Shown here: positions 35,940 through 45,415 of the stretch, in pieces | Position numbering within the stretch: the stretch's first letter is position 1 | How the letters are laid out: each line of letters starts with the position of its first letter | Origin: a virus | Length of the DNA: 64,000 nucleotides | Virus record (IMG/VR): IMGVR_UViG_3300025073_000397 | Direction: 5' to 3' (one strand) | Position numbers and translations under genes: made by a program | Notes under the pieces: model-generated | The model's database searches: none | What the model saw: only the letters and a program-made list of their open reading frames with translations | What the model was told of the DNA's origin: nothing

Positions 35940-36696
35940 TGAGTTCCTTGGTCAAACAGATAACCCAACTCTCTGTATTCTCTGCATCTTTAGCATTAAG
36001 TGCTTGGGCCATCTGGATAACTAATACAGTGAGATTGGCATCTTGCTTTTGTATGATCCCGAGAAAAAGGTCGACCAGACTTTTCCCAAAGTTCAAATTA
36101 GGGGCAATGGTAGCAATTATCTTTGTAGGATTCCGTGACAATATCCGTACTACTTCATTTGGTGCCCGAAGAACCTGAGTTGCATCTTTGGGGAGGGGTA
36201 AGTCAAACATAGCTTCAGCAGGAAGAGTCACAGTTGGGAGGGGAACCTCAGCTGCTTTCTCGAATTCCGCCTCTGCTACATCCTTTTGAGCCTGTTCCAA
36301 CTTCTTTAGCTCATTTGTCGTGAGACCCTTAGTGTTGATTTTGAGAGATTCTTTGATGCCATTGAAGGTAAACACCAAGAATCCTGTGTCGAACTCCCCC
36401 TCGTCGGGCAGATCAATAGGGGGGAGAAACCCACCCAGAGCGACCCAAGTATAGAGATTCTTAGGTCTGGGCCAAAAGCCCCAGGAATTGATATCCACAC
36501 CCAGCAGGAACCTTGACATGTCCAACCGGTCCCCGAACACTTCGATCAGACGCTTACCAATGCGATCTGGAGTGGTGGTTTCATCCATGTCCGACTCGGA
36601 GAGTATCCGAGTGAGAATGGATTCCACCTCTCGAACCTCATTGGGCACAGGACGGTCAATAACGCCATAAGCACTTGTAGTTATGTTCCAACGCAT
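35887..36696 (-). CDS. hypothetical protein
   Basis: 269-aa ORF that overlaps the groEL start by 53 nt. Confidence 0.5.
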   Translation of the reverse strand: MRWNITTSAYGVIDRPVPNEVREVESILTRILSESDMDETTTPDRIGKRLIEVFGDRLDMSRFLLGVDINSWGFWPRPKNLYTWVALGGFLPPIDLPDEGEFDTGFLVFTFNGIKESLKINTKGLTTNELKKLEQAQKDVAEAEFEKAAEVPLPTVTLPAEAMFDLPLPKDATQVLRAPNEVVRILSRNPTKIIATIAPNLNFGKSLVDLFLGIIQKQDANLTVLVIQMAQALNAKDAENTESWVICLTKELNERLGTWFEDSPSQEKH

Positions 36697-36923
36697 CTCT
36701 ATCTTTTAGACCTCTACCCTCTCAGACAGATCAGTACCTGAGACTATTTAAGCTCAAATTTTGGGGGCAGGAAAGTTCCCTACCCATCCTATTAACTCTA
36801 CTCCAATCTAGTGGCTAGAAACTCGACTATTCATCCTATGATCTTGTTTCTGGTAGATTGAGACCCCCACCACTCAGATTGAGTGCACAAGGGGACACTA
36901 ACTTGAAAAGGGAGTTCAGTGCA

Positions 36924-37250
36924 ATGACTAAGGTACTCGTATTTGCAACGATTTTAGGTATGCTGGCTTGCAGCAACGATTCCAAACCCACAGATGCTGC
37001 CGTTCTAGACGCAACTGTCGAGTCTCTATCGGGAGATGTGGTATCTCCGGACGTCGAAGCACAGGATGACGGAGCAGCTGCAGAAGTTGGGGTCACAGCC
37101 GATGCTACAGATGCTGCTATCCCCTTGGATGTAGTTCCTGGTGTTGAGACCCTAGATGCAATTATCCTCTTGGATGTAGTTCCTGGTGATGTTGCACCGG
37201 ATGTCCAGGTTGTGCCGGACGTAGCAGTCGACTCTGTGGCAGCCGAATAA
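36924..37250 (+). CDS. small secreted lipoprotein with V/P/D-rich repeats
   Basis: Start moved to the Met of MTKVLVFATILGMLAC, a lipobox with the LAC signal peptide, and GGAG lies 9 nt upstream. The repeats are DVVPGVETLDAIILLDVVPGDVAPDVQVVPDVAVD. Confidence 0.5.
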   Translation: MTKVLVFATILGMLACSNDSKPTDAAVLDATVESLSGDVVSPDVEAQDDGAAAEVGVTADATDAAIPLDVVPGVETLDAIILLDVVPGDVAPDVQVVPDVAVDSVAAE

Positions 37251-37260
37251 GGTTGGGCCT

Positions 37261-38163
37261 ATGGCTCCTCTCAGAAAACGATCCGACCTGACTCCCCCAC
37301 TAGGACATCCTGGTGGTCCTTGTCATGTAGTGGATCGAATCCAGAAGGAGGTTCGAAACCCACGAGTCCAGGAACATCTGGTGGGGGAAATCGAGAGGGG
37401 CAAGAGTCTGAGTAACCCTGAGGCCGCTGAGATATATGACCTGGAGAGTGAGATTGGGATTGGAGGCCCTTTCAAACAGATCATCCTTGGGCCACATTCT
37501 CTATATCGGATGGATCTAAGGGGAGTAACCCTGCCAGCCATTCGGGCCACACTCAAAAACTTCTCCAGAGAATACAACGATGCCAAGTCTCGTAGAAGCC
37601 CCCAATTTGAACGTTGGGAGCAGGAGTTTAATCAAGGGGGCGGTATCAACTGGACGGATCCAAGATTGGGGCTTACAATTGTCTTTGCCAATGGGGGCTA
37701 TGGGCGGGTCAAGATCATTACCACCTATTGGAAAGGGGAACCCGATCCAAAGGCACACCCTGGAGAGTGTCAAATCCAACTGCATGCCAGTAGAGTTGCC
37801 CAACGTTATCTGAAAGAACGGGCATCTATCTCTAGAATAGCAGGCAAGCATCTGGCTAAAGTGAACTCCCACCCGATGCCTTTACAATCAGTTAGGTGGG
37901 TGCAGCAAGAAGTCCTGACCCCACAGATGAAAAAGGCGATAGATGATTTTGCTCGTGCCTTCGTGACGAAAGGTCAATCTATTCGTCGTATTTTCTCTGA
38001 GGCTCTGGACAATGCTCGCAATCAGACAGAAGGTGGGCAGTACATTCGAGACGTGGATGCCTTTATAGCCGTCAAGCACTACCTCAAATCTGGGCCCTGG
38101 TCTGATGATAACCTTCTCGATCCCTTAGCGTCCGTCATAGCCTATGGGGATTACGTCTTTTGA
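37261..38163 (+). CDS. hypothetical protein
   Basis: 300-aa ORF. Confidence 0.5.
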   Translation: MAPLRKRSDLTPPLGHPGGPCHVVDRIQKEVRNPRVQEHLVGEIERGKSLSNPEAAEIYDLESEIGIGGPFKQIILGPHSLYRMDLRGVTLPAIRATLKNFSREYNDAKSRRSPQFERWEQEFNQGGGINWTDPRLGLTIVFANGGYGRVKIITTYWKGEPDPKAHPGECQIQLHASRVAQRYLKERASISRIAGKHLAKVNSHPMPLQSVRWVQQEVLTPQMKKAIDDFARAFVTKGQSIRRIFSEALDNARNQTEGGQYIRDVDAFIAVKHYLKSGPWSDDNLLDPLASVIAYGDYVF

Positions 38164-38852
38164 CGCCTGAGTGGCTCAAGGTTTCCTTTCAGGTACCTTT
38201 CCGTGTCCATCCTAGTCCCCAGTACATGATCAACTACTTGGCCACGTTGGAGAGCGACAGTGCGAATCTTGTCACCCCTCATCCCACTCCCAACCATAGC
38301 CTTCCTTTGACTATTACGATCCTGCTCTTTCTTGGCTCGATCTTGTTCCTGTATCCGTGCCGACAAGATAGCCTTAGCTAATCGTAAATTCTGCTGCTGG
38401 CTGCGTTCAGTTTCGCACCTTACCGCTAGTCCCGTAGGCTTGTGGGTCATCTGTATGGTGGAAGCCGTTTTGTTCCTGTTCTGTCCACCAGCGCCGTGGC
38501 CACAAGTGGCTTTGATCTCCAGATCTCGTTCATCCAGTTTTACAGTGGACTCATCTGGCATATCAAGAATGGCTACCGTTATTGTAGAAGTATGGACCCT
38601 TCCCCGTTTCTCAGTGGGTGGCACACGTTGCCATCTTATGCCACCTGCTTCATGCTGGAAAGCCTTTTTGGCCCCAACCCCACTTACTTGGAATACCAGT
38701 ATCCCAGGATGCTCTTCCACCACCTGTACTTCTAGACCATTGATAGTGCACCACTTCTGATAAATGCGGGACTGTTCTAATACCAATAGCCGTGCGTCCA
38801 TTCCCCCTTCAGCCGCTCTAACTTCCACCAGTATCGTTTCCATGGCTGTCAT
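38151..38852 (-). CDS. class I peptide chain release factor homolog lacking domain 1 (PrfH-like / RF1-like)
   Basis: Start moved to MTAMETIL (SD AAAGGAA 4-8 nt upstream). The GGQ motif is ATCGHGAGGQNRNKTASTIQMTHKPTGLAVRCETERSQ. The PxT-like tripeptide PPT sits 44 residues upstream of GGQ, the same spacing as RF1 PAT to GGQ, and RVPPTEKRGRVHTS resembles RF1 RVPATESQGRIHTS. No domain-1 equivalent is present. Confidence 0.75.
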   Translation of the reverse strand: MTAMETILVEVRAAEGGMDARLLVLEQSRIYQKWCTINGLEVQVVEEHPGILVFQVSGVGAKKAFQHEAGGIRWQRVPPTEKRGRVHTSTITVAILDMPDESTVKLDERDLEIKATCGHGAGGQNRNKTASTIQMTHKPTGLAVRCETERSQQQNLRLAKAILSARIQEQDRAKKEQDRNSQRKAMVGSGMRGDKIRTVALQRGQVVDHVLGTRMDTERYLKGNLEPLRRQKT

Positions 38853-38859
38853 GTTCCTT

Positions 38860-39156
38860 TCATTTGGGTGACTCCATCCGAGCCACCATGTCACTTTCCC
38901 AATCCTGCAAGCCGTAGTTAGCAAGGTTACGCAACTCACGGGTCTGGTGACGCCAGTGGTAAACCCGATCCCGACAACCAGTACAGCACATCCCAGAATC
39001 TATCTTGGGCTTTCCATGAATACGCTTGTGGCAGTGACACCCTAAAGGTGTAGATTTGGCATACCGATGCGGTTCCCGACCGGGGGGTGCAAAAGGAGTT
39101 TCACAGCGACGCCTGATGGCACAAAGAGTAAGGGACCGTCTGAGTCCACGATCCAT
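38860..39156 (-). CDS. small basic Zn-finger-like protein
   Basis: 98 aa. A strong SD (AAGGAGG) lies 8 nt upstream of the ATG. CHCHKRIHGKPKIDSGMCCTGC is Cys/His-rich. It sits immediately upstream of the RF-like gene, and promoter motif H lies upstream. Confidence 0.45.
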   Translation of the reverse strand: MDRGLRRSLTLCAIRRRCETPFAPPGREPHRYAKSTPLGCHCHKRIHGKPKIDSGMCCTGCRDRVYHWRHQTRELRNLANYGLQDWESDMVARMESPK

Positions 39157-39243
39157 GGTACAACCCTCCTTGAGCGGGCGCTACCCGCATGCTTGGGAAG
39201 ATTGCACTATGGAAAGTTCGGAACATCAGCAAAACCTCCGTTA

Positions 39244-39278
39244 CGTCCATACTACCCCAAATGCTATGCACCTAACAA
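39244..39278 (-). promoter_or_regulatory. promoter motif instance H, upstream of the Zn-finger + RF-like gene pair
   Basis: TACTACCC at 39250-39257, a 14-nt spacer, then CTAACA at 39272-39277. Confidence 0.6.
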
Positions 39279-39531
39279 GAAAATTCTGCGGTAGGGGTGT
39301 GCTTCCACCTACCTTTTCTTGCTGGGGATGCTCCACAGACCCCTGGAATCCTTGGCCAAAGTCTTTGCCTTACAGGCATTGAATAGCACAGCCTGTGTGG
39401 ATTTGTCATTGGGGTACCCGACCATAGCGCACAGGGACACTATCATTCTCCCGGAGATGCATTTGTGGTGGGTGACAATCCGATGAACAAGTTCTGTGGG
39501 TGTCTTGGTAGTCATGCCTGATCTCCTAAGT

Positions 39532-40191
39532 TTACCAACCAAAGGACAATCGCAGGATCCGCATGTTTGCGTTCCTACTTCTATACGTGATGAAGGCACT
39601 ATCCGGTATGTGATCGATGCCGCAATACTCCTGGATGCTCTGTGCAAAACGAGTACGAGCAGCAGCCAACGAGACAGACCTAGTTCCCCGCATAGCCTGA
39701 TTGATAACCAGTAGGAACTGCCCAAGACGCTCGTACTGTGATCTAGCAAAGGTCAACACGGGGGTCAGGATGGCATCTTGTTCAAGGTTACTGGGGCTGT
39801 AGAAGGCATCAAAGACCAGGACGCCTACGTTGTGCAGAGTGGGGTTATCCAAGTCCGACAGAAGGTGCAGGATGTCAGCATGTACCCATTGAGTGGTATC
39901 CCCAGCATAGGCTTGGGAGTTCCTACGGATGATGTCTGGATCCCTGTTGACCCCGATGTAACGTCCTGAGCCGGGGATAATGGCACCTTCTTTCAGTAGG
40001 AGTCCACAAGTGACATCAGGTGCGTCTCCACAGAGTTCTACCCAGTCATGCGTGAGGTGCCCATTATGCCACAGGCATGTGGGATGAGTTTCGTCCCGTA
40101 GGAGATCCAGAGTGCCAACTCGTATTTGATGTTTCTTTGGGTACTGGTCCGGGGGATAGAAGTGGATGTCGGTTGCTGGAGTGGGTTTCAT
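39532..40191 (-). CDS. hypothetical protein
   Basis: 219-aa ORF. An overlapping 146-aa ORF (39309..39749) in another frame was not called separately. Confidence 0.45.
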   Translation of the reverse strand: MKPTPATDIHFYPPDQYPKKHQIRVGTLDLLRDETHPTCLWHNGHLTHDWVELCGDAPDVTCGLLLKEGAIIPGSGRYIGVNRDPDIIRRNSQAYAGDTTQWVHADILHLLSDLDNPTLHNVGVLVFDAFYSPSNLEQDAILTPVLTFARSQYERLGQFLLVINQAMRGTRSVSLAAARTRFAQSIQEYCGIDHIPDSAFITYRSRNANMRILRLSFGW

Positions 40192-40243
40192 CCCATTGAC
40201 CTTTTCCAGGAGGGCTTTGGCTTACCTAGCAGGATGGAGGTCA

Positions 40244-40453
40244 CTACTTCTTCTTAGCGCCCAACGCAAAGCCAAGGGCGTCAATCTGCTTGATTTCAGC
40301 CGGGGACAGTACCACCATCCTCTGCCAAAGCCGGTAGCCGTCCTTACAGATGTAGGACTTCGGGACATGGCTATTCCCGAACTCATTCTTGTAAGCGGCC
40401 AGGTGGTCAATGAACTGGGGGAACCATTCTCTCTGCTCTGCTATAGTCTTCAT
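40244..40453 (-). CDS. stand-alone single helicase-associated (HA) domain protein
   Basis: 69 aa. WFPQFIDHLAAYKNEFGNSHVPKSYICKDGYRLWQRMVVLSPAEIKQIDALGF is one HA unit (PF03457-like). Its own promoter motif C lies 39 nt upstream. Confidence 0.55.
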   Translation of the reverse strand: MKTIAEQREWFPQFIDHLAAYKNEFGNSHVPKSYICKDGYRLWQRMVVLSPAEIKQIDALGFALGAKKK

Positions 40454-40491
40454 CTCTTCATCCTTTCCCGGATATCACCGGGGGTTGTTAC

Positions 40492-40526
40492 ACTAGGTAC
40501 TACCCGGATCTTTGAAAGTCTAACAC
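40492..40526 (-). promoter_or_regulatory. promoter motif instance C
   Basis: TACTACCC at 40498-40505, a 14-nt spacer, then CTAACA at 40520-40525. A CCCGG-ATATCA-CCGGG hairpin (40467-40482) lies between the motif and the start codon. Confidence 0.6.
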
Positions 40527-40559
40527 ACAAAGGTGAACGAATTGTCTTGAAGTTGGGGT

Positions 40560-41519
40560 TCATCGCGTTGCCTTCTTCGGTTGGGAGCGGGATTTGACTT
40601 GCCACACGAAGCCGAGTGCGTCTAGTTGGGAGACCATTTCAGGAATGATACGTAAGGCACCCTTGGAGGTTTTTTTGGCTGTACGGATGCAATTGACACG
40701 AACCCCCAATTTGTATCCGTCACTAGATGTATAAGAACGCCTGATCAGGCAATCGCCAAAGGCGTCTTTGTAGGCTGTAAGATGTTCCATAAAGGGTTGG
40801 AACCACTTTCCTTTGGTGGTGGCATCCCACACGAATCCAAGGGCTTCTAGTTGAGAAACCATCTCAGAAGTAATACGCAGGCCATTGCCCCTCTTCCTAC
40901 CATTTCGTATATCATTCACCCAGCGTCCCAGGGGGGTATCCATCCGGGCAAATGTGTAAGAAAGGCACTCGACAATCCCCATGCTCCCTTTTGTACACTT
41001 CCAGATGTTCTAAACATTCAGGGAACCACACTTTGTAACCCACAAACCAGACGAACCCGATAGCATCAAGTTGCTCAACCATCGCAGCGGAAACCTTTTT
41101 GCCTCCAACTCCATTTCGCCCTAGACGGACATAGTTCAGTTGCTTTCCGAGTTTGTACCCATCCCTACAGGTGTACGAGCGGGAAACCAAACAATCCCCA
41201 TACTCCCCCTGTATTCCCGCATATGGTCCAAAAATTCGGGGAACCACTTTCGGTAGCCTACTTCCCAGACAAAGCCCAACGTGTCAAGTTTAGAAATCAT
41301 CCAAGGCGTGATATGGAGACTCTTGAACTCTTTATGATTCTGCCGAATGTTATGCACCTGACCACCGAGTTTGTAGCCGTCTGGGCAGGCATACGACAGG
41401 GGCACTAACCCAGACCCATACTTCTCTTTGTACGTCGTCAGTCGCTCAACGAACTCGTCAAACCAGTGAACATCTGGGTCAGTAATGCCAAGGAAGACAG
41501 CATACTCGTGGAGATTCAT
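40560..41519 (-). pseudogene. HA-domain repeat gene (~5 units) disrupted by two homopolymer-associated frameshifts
   Basis: Track ORFs 41136..41657, 40912..41247 and 40560..40982 together tile one HA-repeat reading frame. It starts MNLHEYAV... at 41519, paralogous to the 608-aa gene start MNLYEYAV.... The frame switches occur at a G5 run (minus-strand cagggggag, ~41200) and a C6 run (tacccccctgg, ~40935). Confidence 0.5.
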
Positions 41520-43342
41520 GCTGCTGACCTCAAAGGACGCCCACCCTGTGCAGAGGCTTCCCAGACAAAACCCAAAGCATCCAATTGATGAATCCTTTCG
41601 GGAGTTAATTCCATTCCGCCGTACCCTTTTCGGGCCAGCCGAACACGGCCAACACACCTTCCCAAACGATAGCCATCTGGGCTGACATATTTCTGTACAA
41701 CCATGCAGTCTCCCTTACTCAGCTTATAAGCTTTTAGATGTTTAATGAATACAGGGAACCAGCGCCTTTTAGGCTTAGCGGCCCATACAAGTCCAATAGC
41801 ATCTAACTGTGAGAGCATCTCAGCAGTCACCTTCATCCCACCAGTCCCCCGAATACTGGCACAAACAACCGCGACTTGTTGCCCCAACTTATAGCCATCT
41901 GGTGAGACATACGAATGTGTAATTCGGCAACTACCATACTCTGTTTTGTACAGATTCAGGTGCTGTACAAAATCCGGAAACCAGCGTCCAGACCAATTAG
42001 CATCCCATATGAACCCCAACGCATCAATCTGATCAATCTGATCAGACGTCAAAGACCCGTGCCTATAGTACTGCCGAACAGTAGAGACATGCTTACCAAG
42101 AGCATACCCATCTGGGCTAATGTAAGCCGTGGGTGGAGAGCCCCCCCCCAGTTGATTCTGGTACAGACGGAGATGTTCGACAAAAGAAGGGAACCACTGT
42201 CTTGTTGGGGGTACATCCCATACGAAACCGACCTCCTCTAGTTGAGCTTCCATTTTGGGGGGGATGTACCACCCGTGTTTACTTTTGACTGTGGGATATC
42301 GATGCCCTATCCGGATGCTGCTCGTCAAATGGCCAAGTTTGTAACCATCTGGGCTGACATATCCGACTGGAATTCTACTGTCCCCATGTTCCTTCATGTA
42401 AGCAACCAGATGTTGGAGATATTCCGAAGAACTGCGGGTACGTCTTGTCCCCTTCCATATGAATTCCATGGCATTCAATTGAGAGACCATCTCACGGGTT
42501 AGCCTATTTTTTACCGGATTCGACTTCATACCACGTATGGTCCCCACCCGATGCCCCAAATGATAACCGTCTGAGCAAACGTACCCTGTGGGGATCTGGC
42601 AATCCCCTGTCTTCACCTTGTATTCAGATAGATGCAGGATGAATTTGTCAAACCAATTTCTGTCCCATACAAACCCAAGCGAATCCATCTGACGGATCAA
42701 TCCTTGGGGTATGGGGCCAATTTTCCTACTGGATCTCATCCTAGACGCTCGTGATCCCAATCTGTAGCCATCTGGACAGGTATAAGAGTCAGGCACATCA
42801 CAATGTCCGTACTCTCTCCTGTAGAGCCTGAGATACCTTATAAAGTCAGTCTGCCACGAACCGTTGTTCCACACAAAGCCAAGTGAACTGAGTGCGGACT
42901 CCATCGCGGGGGTTACACGCCTACTCCCCCTAGACGAATTCTTTGCGTACCGGATGCTAACTATCATTTCCCCTAGTTTATAGCCGTCGGGACAGACATA
43001 TTGCTTCACCACACGGCAATCTCCGAACTCTGCCCTATATTCGGACAACTTTGTACAAAACGCCGTAAACCAATCAAAACGCTGTACTTGCCACACAAAA
43101 CCAAGGGAGTCCAATTGCACGATCATATCTTGCGAAAGGCCAGTATCACCAGCTTGCATTAAATGCCTAACCCTCATGACCCGTGAACTAAGGCAATAAC
43201 CATCTGGGCAAACACACGGGAAGGGAGTCAGACAATCTCCGTGATCCTTCTTATACTCTTTCAGATGCTCAATGAAATTCTCAAACCATGGCACTCTTGG
43301 TTTTGTCCACCCCTGGGAAACGGCATATTCATAGAGGTTCAT
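41516..43342 (-). CDS. protein made of ~9 tandem helicase-associated (HA) domains
   Basis: 608 aa of repeated W(F/W).F..HL..Y+.E.GDC.VP..Y.CPDGY+LG..V..IR.......L....QLD.LGFVW units. It has an ATGA overlap with the upstream SF2 helicase gene. Confidence 0.7.
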   Translation of the reverse strand: MNLYEYAVSQGWTKPRVPWFENFIEHLKEYKKDHGDCLTPFPCVCPDGYCLSSRVMRVRHLMQAGDTGLSQDMIVQLDSLGFVWQVQRFDWFTAFCTKLSEYRAEFGDCRVVKQYVCPDGYKLGEMIVSIRYAKNSSRGSRRVTPAMESALSSLGFVWNNGSWQTDFIRYLRLYRREYGHCDVPDSYTCPDGYRLGSRASRMRSSRKIGPIPQGLIRQMDSLGFVWDRNWFDKFILHLSEYKVKTGDCQIPTGYVCSDGYHLGHRVGTIRGMKSNPVKNRLTREMVSQLNAMEFIWKGTRRTRSSSEYLQHLVAYMKEHGDSRIPVGYVSPDGYKLGHLTSSIRIGHRYPTVKSKHGWYIPPKMEAQLEEVGFVWDVPPTRQWFPSFVEHLRLYQNQLGGGSPPTAYISPDGYALGKHVSTVRQYYRHGSLTSDQIDQIDALGFIWDANWSGRWFPDFVQHLNLYKTEYGSCRITHSYVSPDGYKLGQQVAVVCASIRGTGGMKVTAEMLSQLDAIGLVWAAKPKRRWFPVFIKHLKAYKLSKGDCMVVQKYVSPDGYRLGRCVGRVRLARKGYGGMELTPERIHQLDALGFVWEASAQGGRPLRSAA

Positions 43343-45339
43343 GCTACATCCATCCCTTTCGTTAATCGGATGACTTGGTCATTGATATGCGTCCAGTTGA
43401 CCACTCCAGCGGGAAGGCCAAAGTAAGGGGATGCATCCCCTGACGTGGAAATCGGTGCCACGCCGTTGTTCTTATTGAGGTAGTCAAACATAGCCACTCG
43501 TATTTGCTCCAGAGTGAACTTTGGTGCCTTGAATCTTGCTCGGAGTCCCTTGGCAATCTCTTTAGCTGTAATGCCCCGGAACTGAGACATATGCCCGATG
43601 ACCGTCGCCGTTTGTTTCGTATTGGCTATTTCCTGTGCGAACTCAGCGATCACACCATCAAAGATCCCCTGCAACTCATCCCGGATGATACGGGAGTCCC
43701 CGCTGAAACCACCCATCTGCTTGATCCTGCCATTCAACTTGGTCTTGAATACAGTGAATGCCAGTGCCTTCCGTTTGATCATGTCATAGGCCAGGGCACG
43801 TTTGGCCCTAGCCAATACATCTCCTTCCAATCCCATCCTGACGGTGAAGAAGTCCACTACATCCTGTGTGGTGGGTTTGGCTATCCCATCCTCCTGCAAA
43901 GCATTGATAGCCATAACCATCTGCCCGGTAGCCTCACGGCATTGCTGGACATCCCCCCCGATGTAGTTGACCACATCTTCCCACGTTTCCTCGTAGGGTC
44001 GTTTCTTACCCGTAGGCTTCACTCCAAATCGACGGGGGAGATTCCCCAAGTACCCCTGCCCGATCTCTACATCAGCCATGAAACAAGCAGTCAGGAAGGC
44101 ATGGTCCTTATGCTGCTGTTCAAAGGCATCAAACACTTCTGATGATGCGCTGGGGACAAGGAACGTCAAGACAGTCGTGTTCTTGTGCTGCTCCGGGTAA
44201 CCTTCAATGTCACCCTTGAAACGCAAACCCCTACCCAACTTTTGTAAGATAAGCCCAAAGGAATGAGTCAGCCCAATATTGTAGACATGACTGCACAGTG
44301 GCCAATCTGTCCCCTCATTGAACCGGGCGCATGCTAGGATCACTTCCACTTTAGAGTCGGCATACACCTTCACCAACCGTTCGGTTCGTAACAGAGCTTT
44401 CAGCGCACAAGTTACTCGGACCCCACCCTTTACAGCATTATGGACATGGACACCACGCTTAGTGAATTCAGCCATCAACCGGTTTGCCCACCTCTCAGAT
44501 CTCTTGGGGGGAACAATGACAACCGCTTTGGGATGCCCATCCTTTTCCCATAGATCCACGATCTGTTTACTGGACTCAGGGGAAGCATAGGCCATTGCTC
44601 CACCCGCAAGCTGCTCTACAGAAGTCGCCTGCATGGAGATAGGGCAGGATCTGATCAGGACATTGCTAGGAGCGAACTCCCCGGATTCAATGTGATCTGC
44701 CAGAGTACGAGTGTACCTGGGGGCAAACTCTCCCATAAGGATATCATCATCCCTACGGAATGGAGTCGCAGTCATATGGACTACTGTACCACCACGCTCA
44801 AGCCATGCCTTGGTGAAGGCACCAACACAGTTACCTATGGCGGCATGGTGGGCTTCATCCAGTATCAGGATGCACTTGGACAGGTCTTCCGGGAGGAGTG
44901 TCTGATCTTCCTTGAACCACCGGGAAACTGCTTGCTGAGTTGTGACCAGAGTCCGTTGAACTGGATTGACTGCCCGGACATGTGCTCTGAATTGGGAACG
45001 ACGGCCCTTACTGACCTGGAACCACTGCTTTGCCCTTACCATTATATTGCACAGCACAGAAACCCGCCCAGGTACACTTTCCGGGGAGGGCAGTATGTCC
45101 AAGTCATCAGAGTAAATGAAAGCATCGGTAATTTGGCGCTGTGGCGCTACTACGACAGCCGACACAAATTGCCGTGTATTGAGTACCCTTTCCACTAAGT
45201 AAGTCCCCATCAGGGACTTACCAGACCCTGGTGGTCCACTCAGCACCACCTCTTTACAACCAGTGGTGAGGCACCGAAACAGGTAGTGGAAGCATTCCTG
45301 CTGGTAAGGTCTCAAGGTACGTGTTTGATGCAACGCCAT
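43339..45339 (-). CDS. SF2 helicase, ResIII/DEAD-like
   Basis: Walker A is VLSGPPGSGKSLMGTYL; the DEAH box is ILILDEAHHAA; the helicase-C region is around MTATPFRRDDD. The track start at 45357 is GTG, so the ATG at 45339 (MALHQTRT) was preferred. Confidence 0.8.
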   Translation of the reverse strand: MALHQTRTLRPYQQECFHYLFRCLTTGCKEVVLSGPPGSGKSLMGTYLVERVLNTRQFVSAVVVAPQRQITDAFIYSDDLDILPSPESVPGRVSVLCNIMVRAKQWFQVSKGRRSQFRAHVRAVNPVQRTLVTTQQAVSRWFKEDQTLLPEDLSKCILILDEAHHAAIGNCVGAFTKAWLERGGTVVHMTATPFRRDDDILMGEFAPRYTRTLADHIESGEFAPSNVLIRSCPISMQATSVEQLAGGAMAYASPESSKQIVDLWEKDGHPKAVVIVPPKRSERWANRLMAEFTKRGVHVHNAVKGGVRVTCALKALLRTERLVKVYADSKVEVILACARFNEGTDWPLCSHVYNIGLTHSFGLILQKLGRGLRFKGDIEGYPEQHKNTTVLTFLVPSASSEVFDAFEQQHKDHAFLTACFMADVEIGQGYLGNLPRRFGVKPTGKKRPYEETWEDVVNYIGGDVQQCREATGQMVMAINALQEDGIAKPTTQDVVDFFTVRMGLEGDVLARAKRALAYDMIKRKALAFTVFKTKLNGRIKQMGGFSGDSRIIRDELQGIFDGVIAEFAQEIANTKQTATVIGHMSQFRGITAKEIAKGLRARFKAPKFTLEQIRVAMFDYLNKNNGVAPISTSGDASPYFGLPAGVVNWTHINDQVIRLTKGMDVA

Positions 45340-45355
45340 GCTAACTCCTTTCAAC

Positions 45356-45390
45356 ACTTGGTACTACCCACCCAACACAAACCCTAACAA
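45356..45390 (-). promoter_or_regulatory. promoter motif instance D, upstream of helicase + HA-repeat operon
   Basis: TACTACCC at 45362-45369, a 14-nt spacer, then CTAACA at 45384-45389. Confidence 0.6.
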
Positions 45391-45415
45391 GTTTTCTGCA
45401 TCCCCCACGAAAAAA

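Larger units (their letters stand above)
40244..43342 (-). repeat. ~3.1-kb tandem array of ~210-nt HA-domain coding repeats (~15 units)
   Basis: Recurring DNA words (ggaaccac..., gggaaccagcg..., ccatctgg...) at ~210-nt period. The protein repeats are as listed above. Confidence 0.7.

Noticed and set aside
38151-38939. Stop-codon recoding implied by a phage release factor
   Set aside because: Genes in this window terminate with TAA, TAG and TGA and have intact ORFs. There is no evidence of recoding here, so the RF-like protein is more consistent with a PrfH-like rescue role. Whole-genome stop usage would be needed to settle this.
39056-39382. Plus-strand ORFs of 108 and 75 aa
   Set aside because: The minus strand carries an SD-preceded 98-aa gene and promoter motif H. 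The plus ORFs are Arg/Pro-rich antisense frames.
39309-39749. 146-aa minus ORF overlapping the 219-aa gene in another frame
   Set aside because: Only its last ~68 codons are outside the neighbouring gene, and there is no SD. Left uncalled.
40244-43342. Regular ~210-nt repeats resembling a CRISPR-like array
   Set aside because: The repeats are long, coding (HA domains) and divergent at synonymous sites. There are no short direct repeats with unique spacers.
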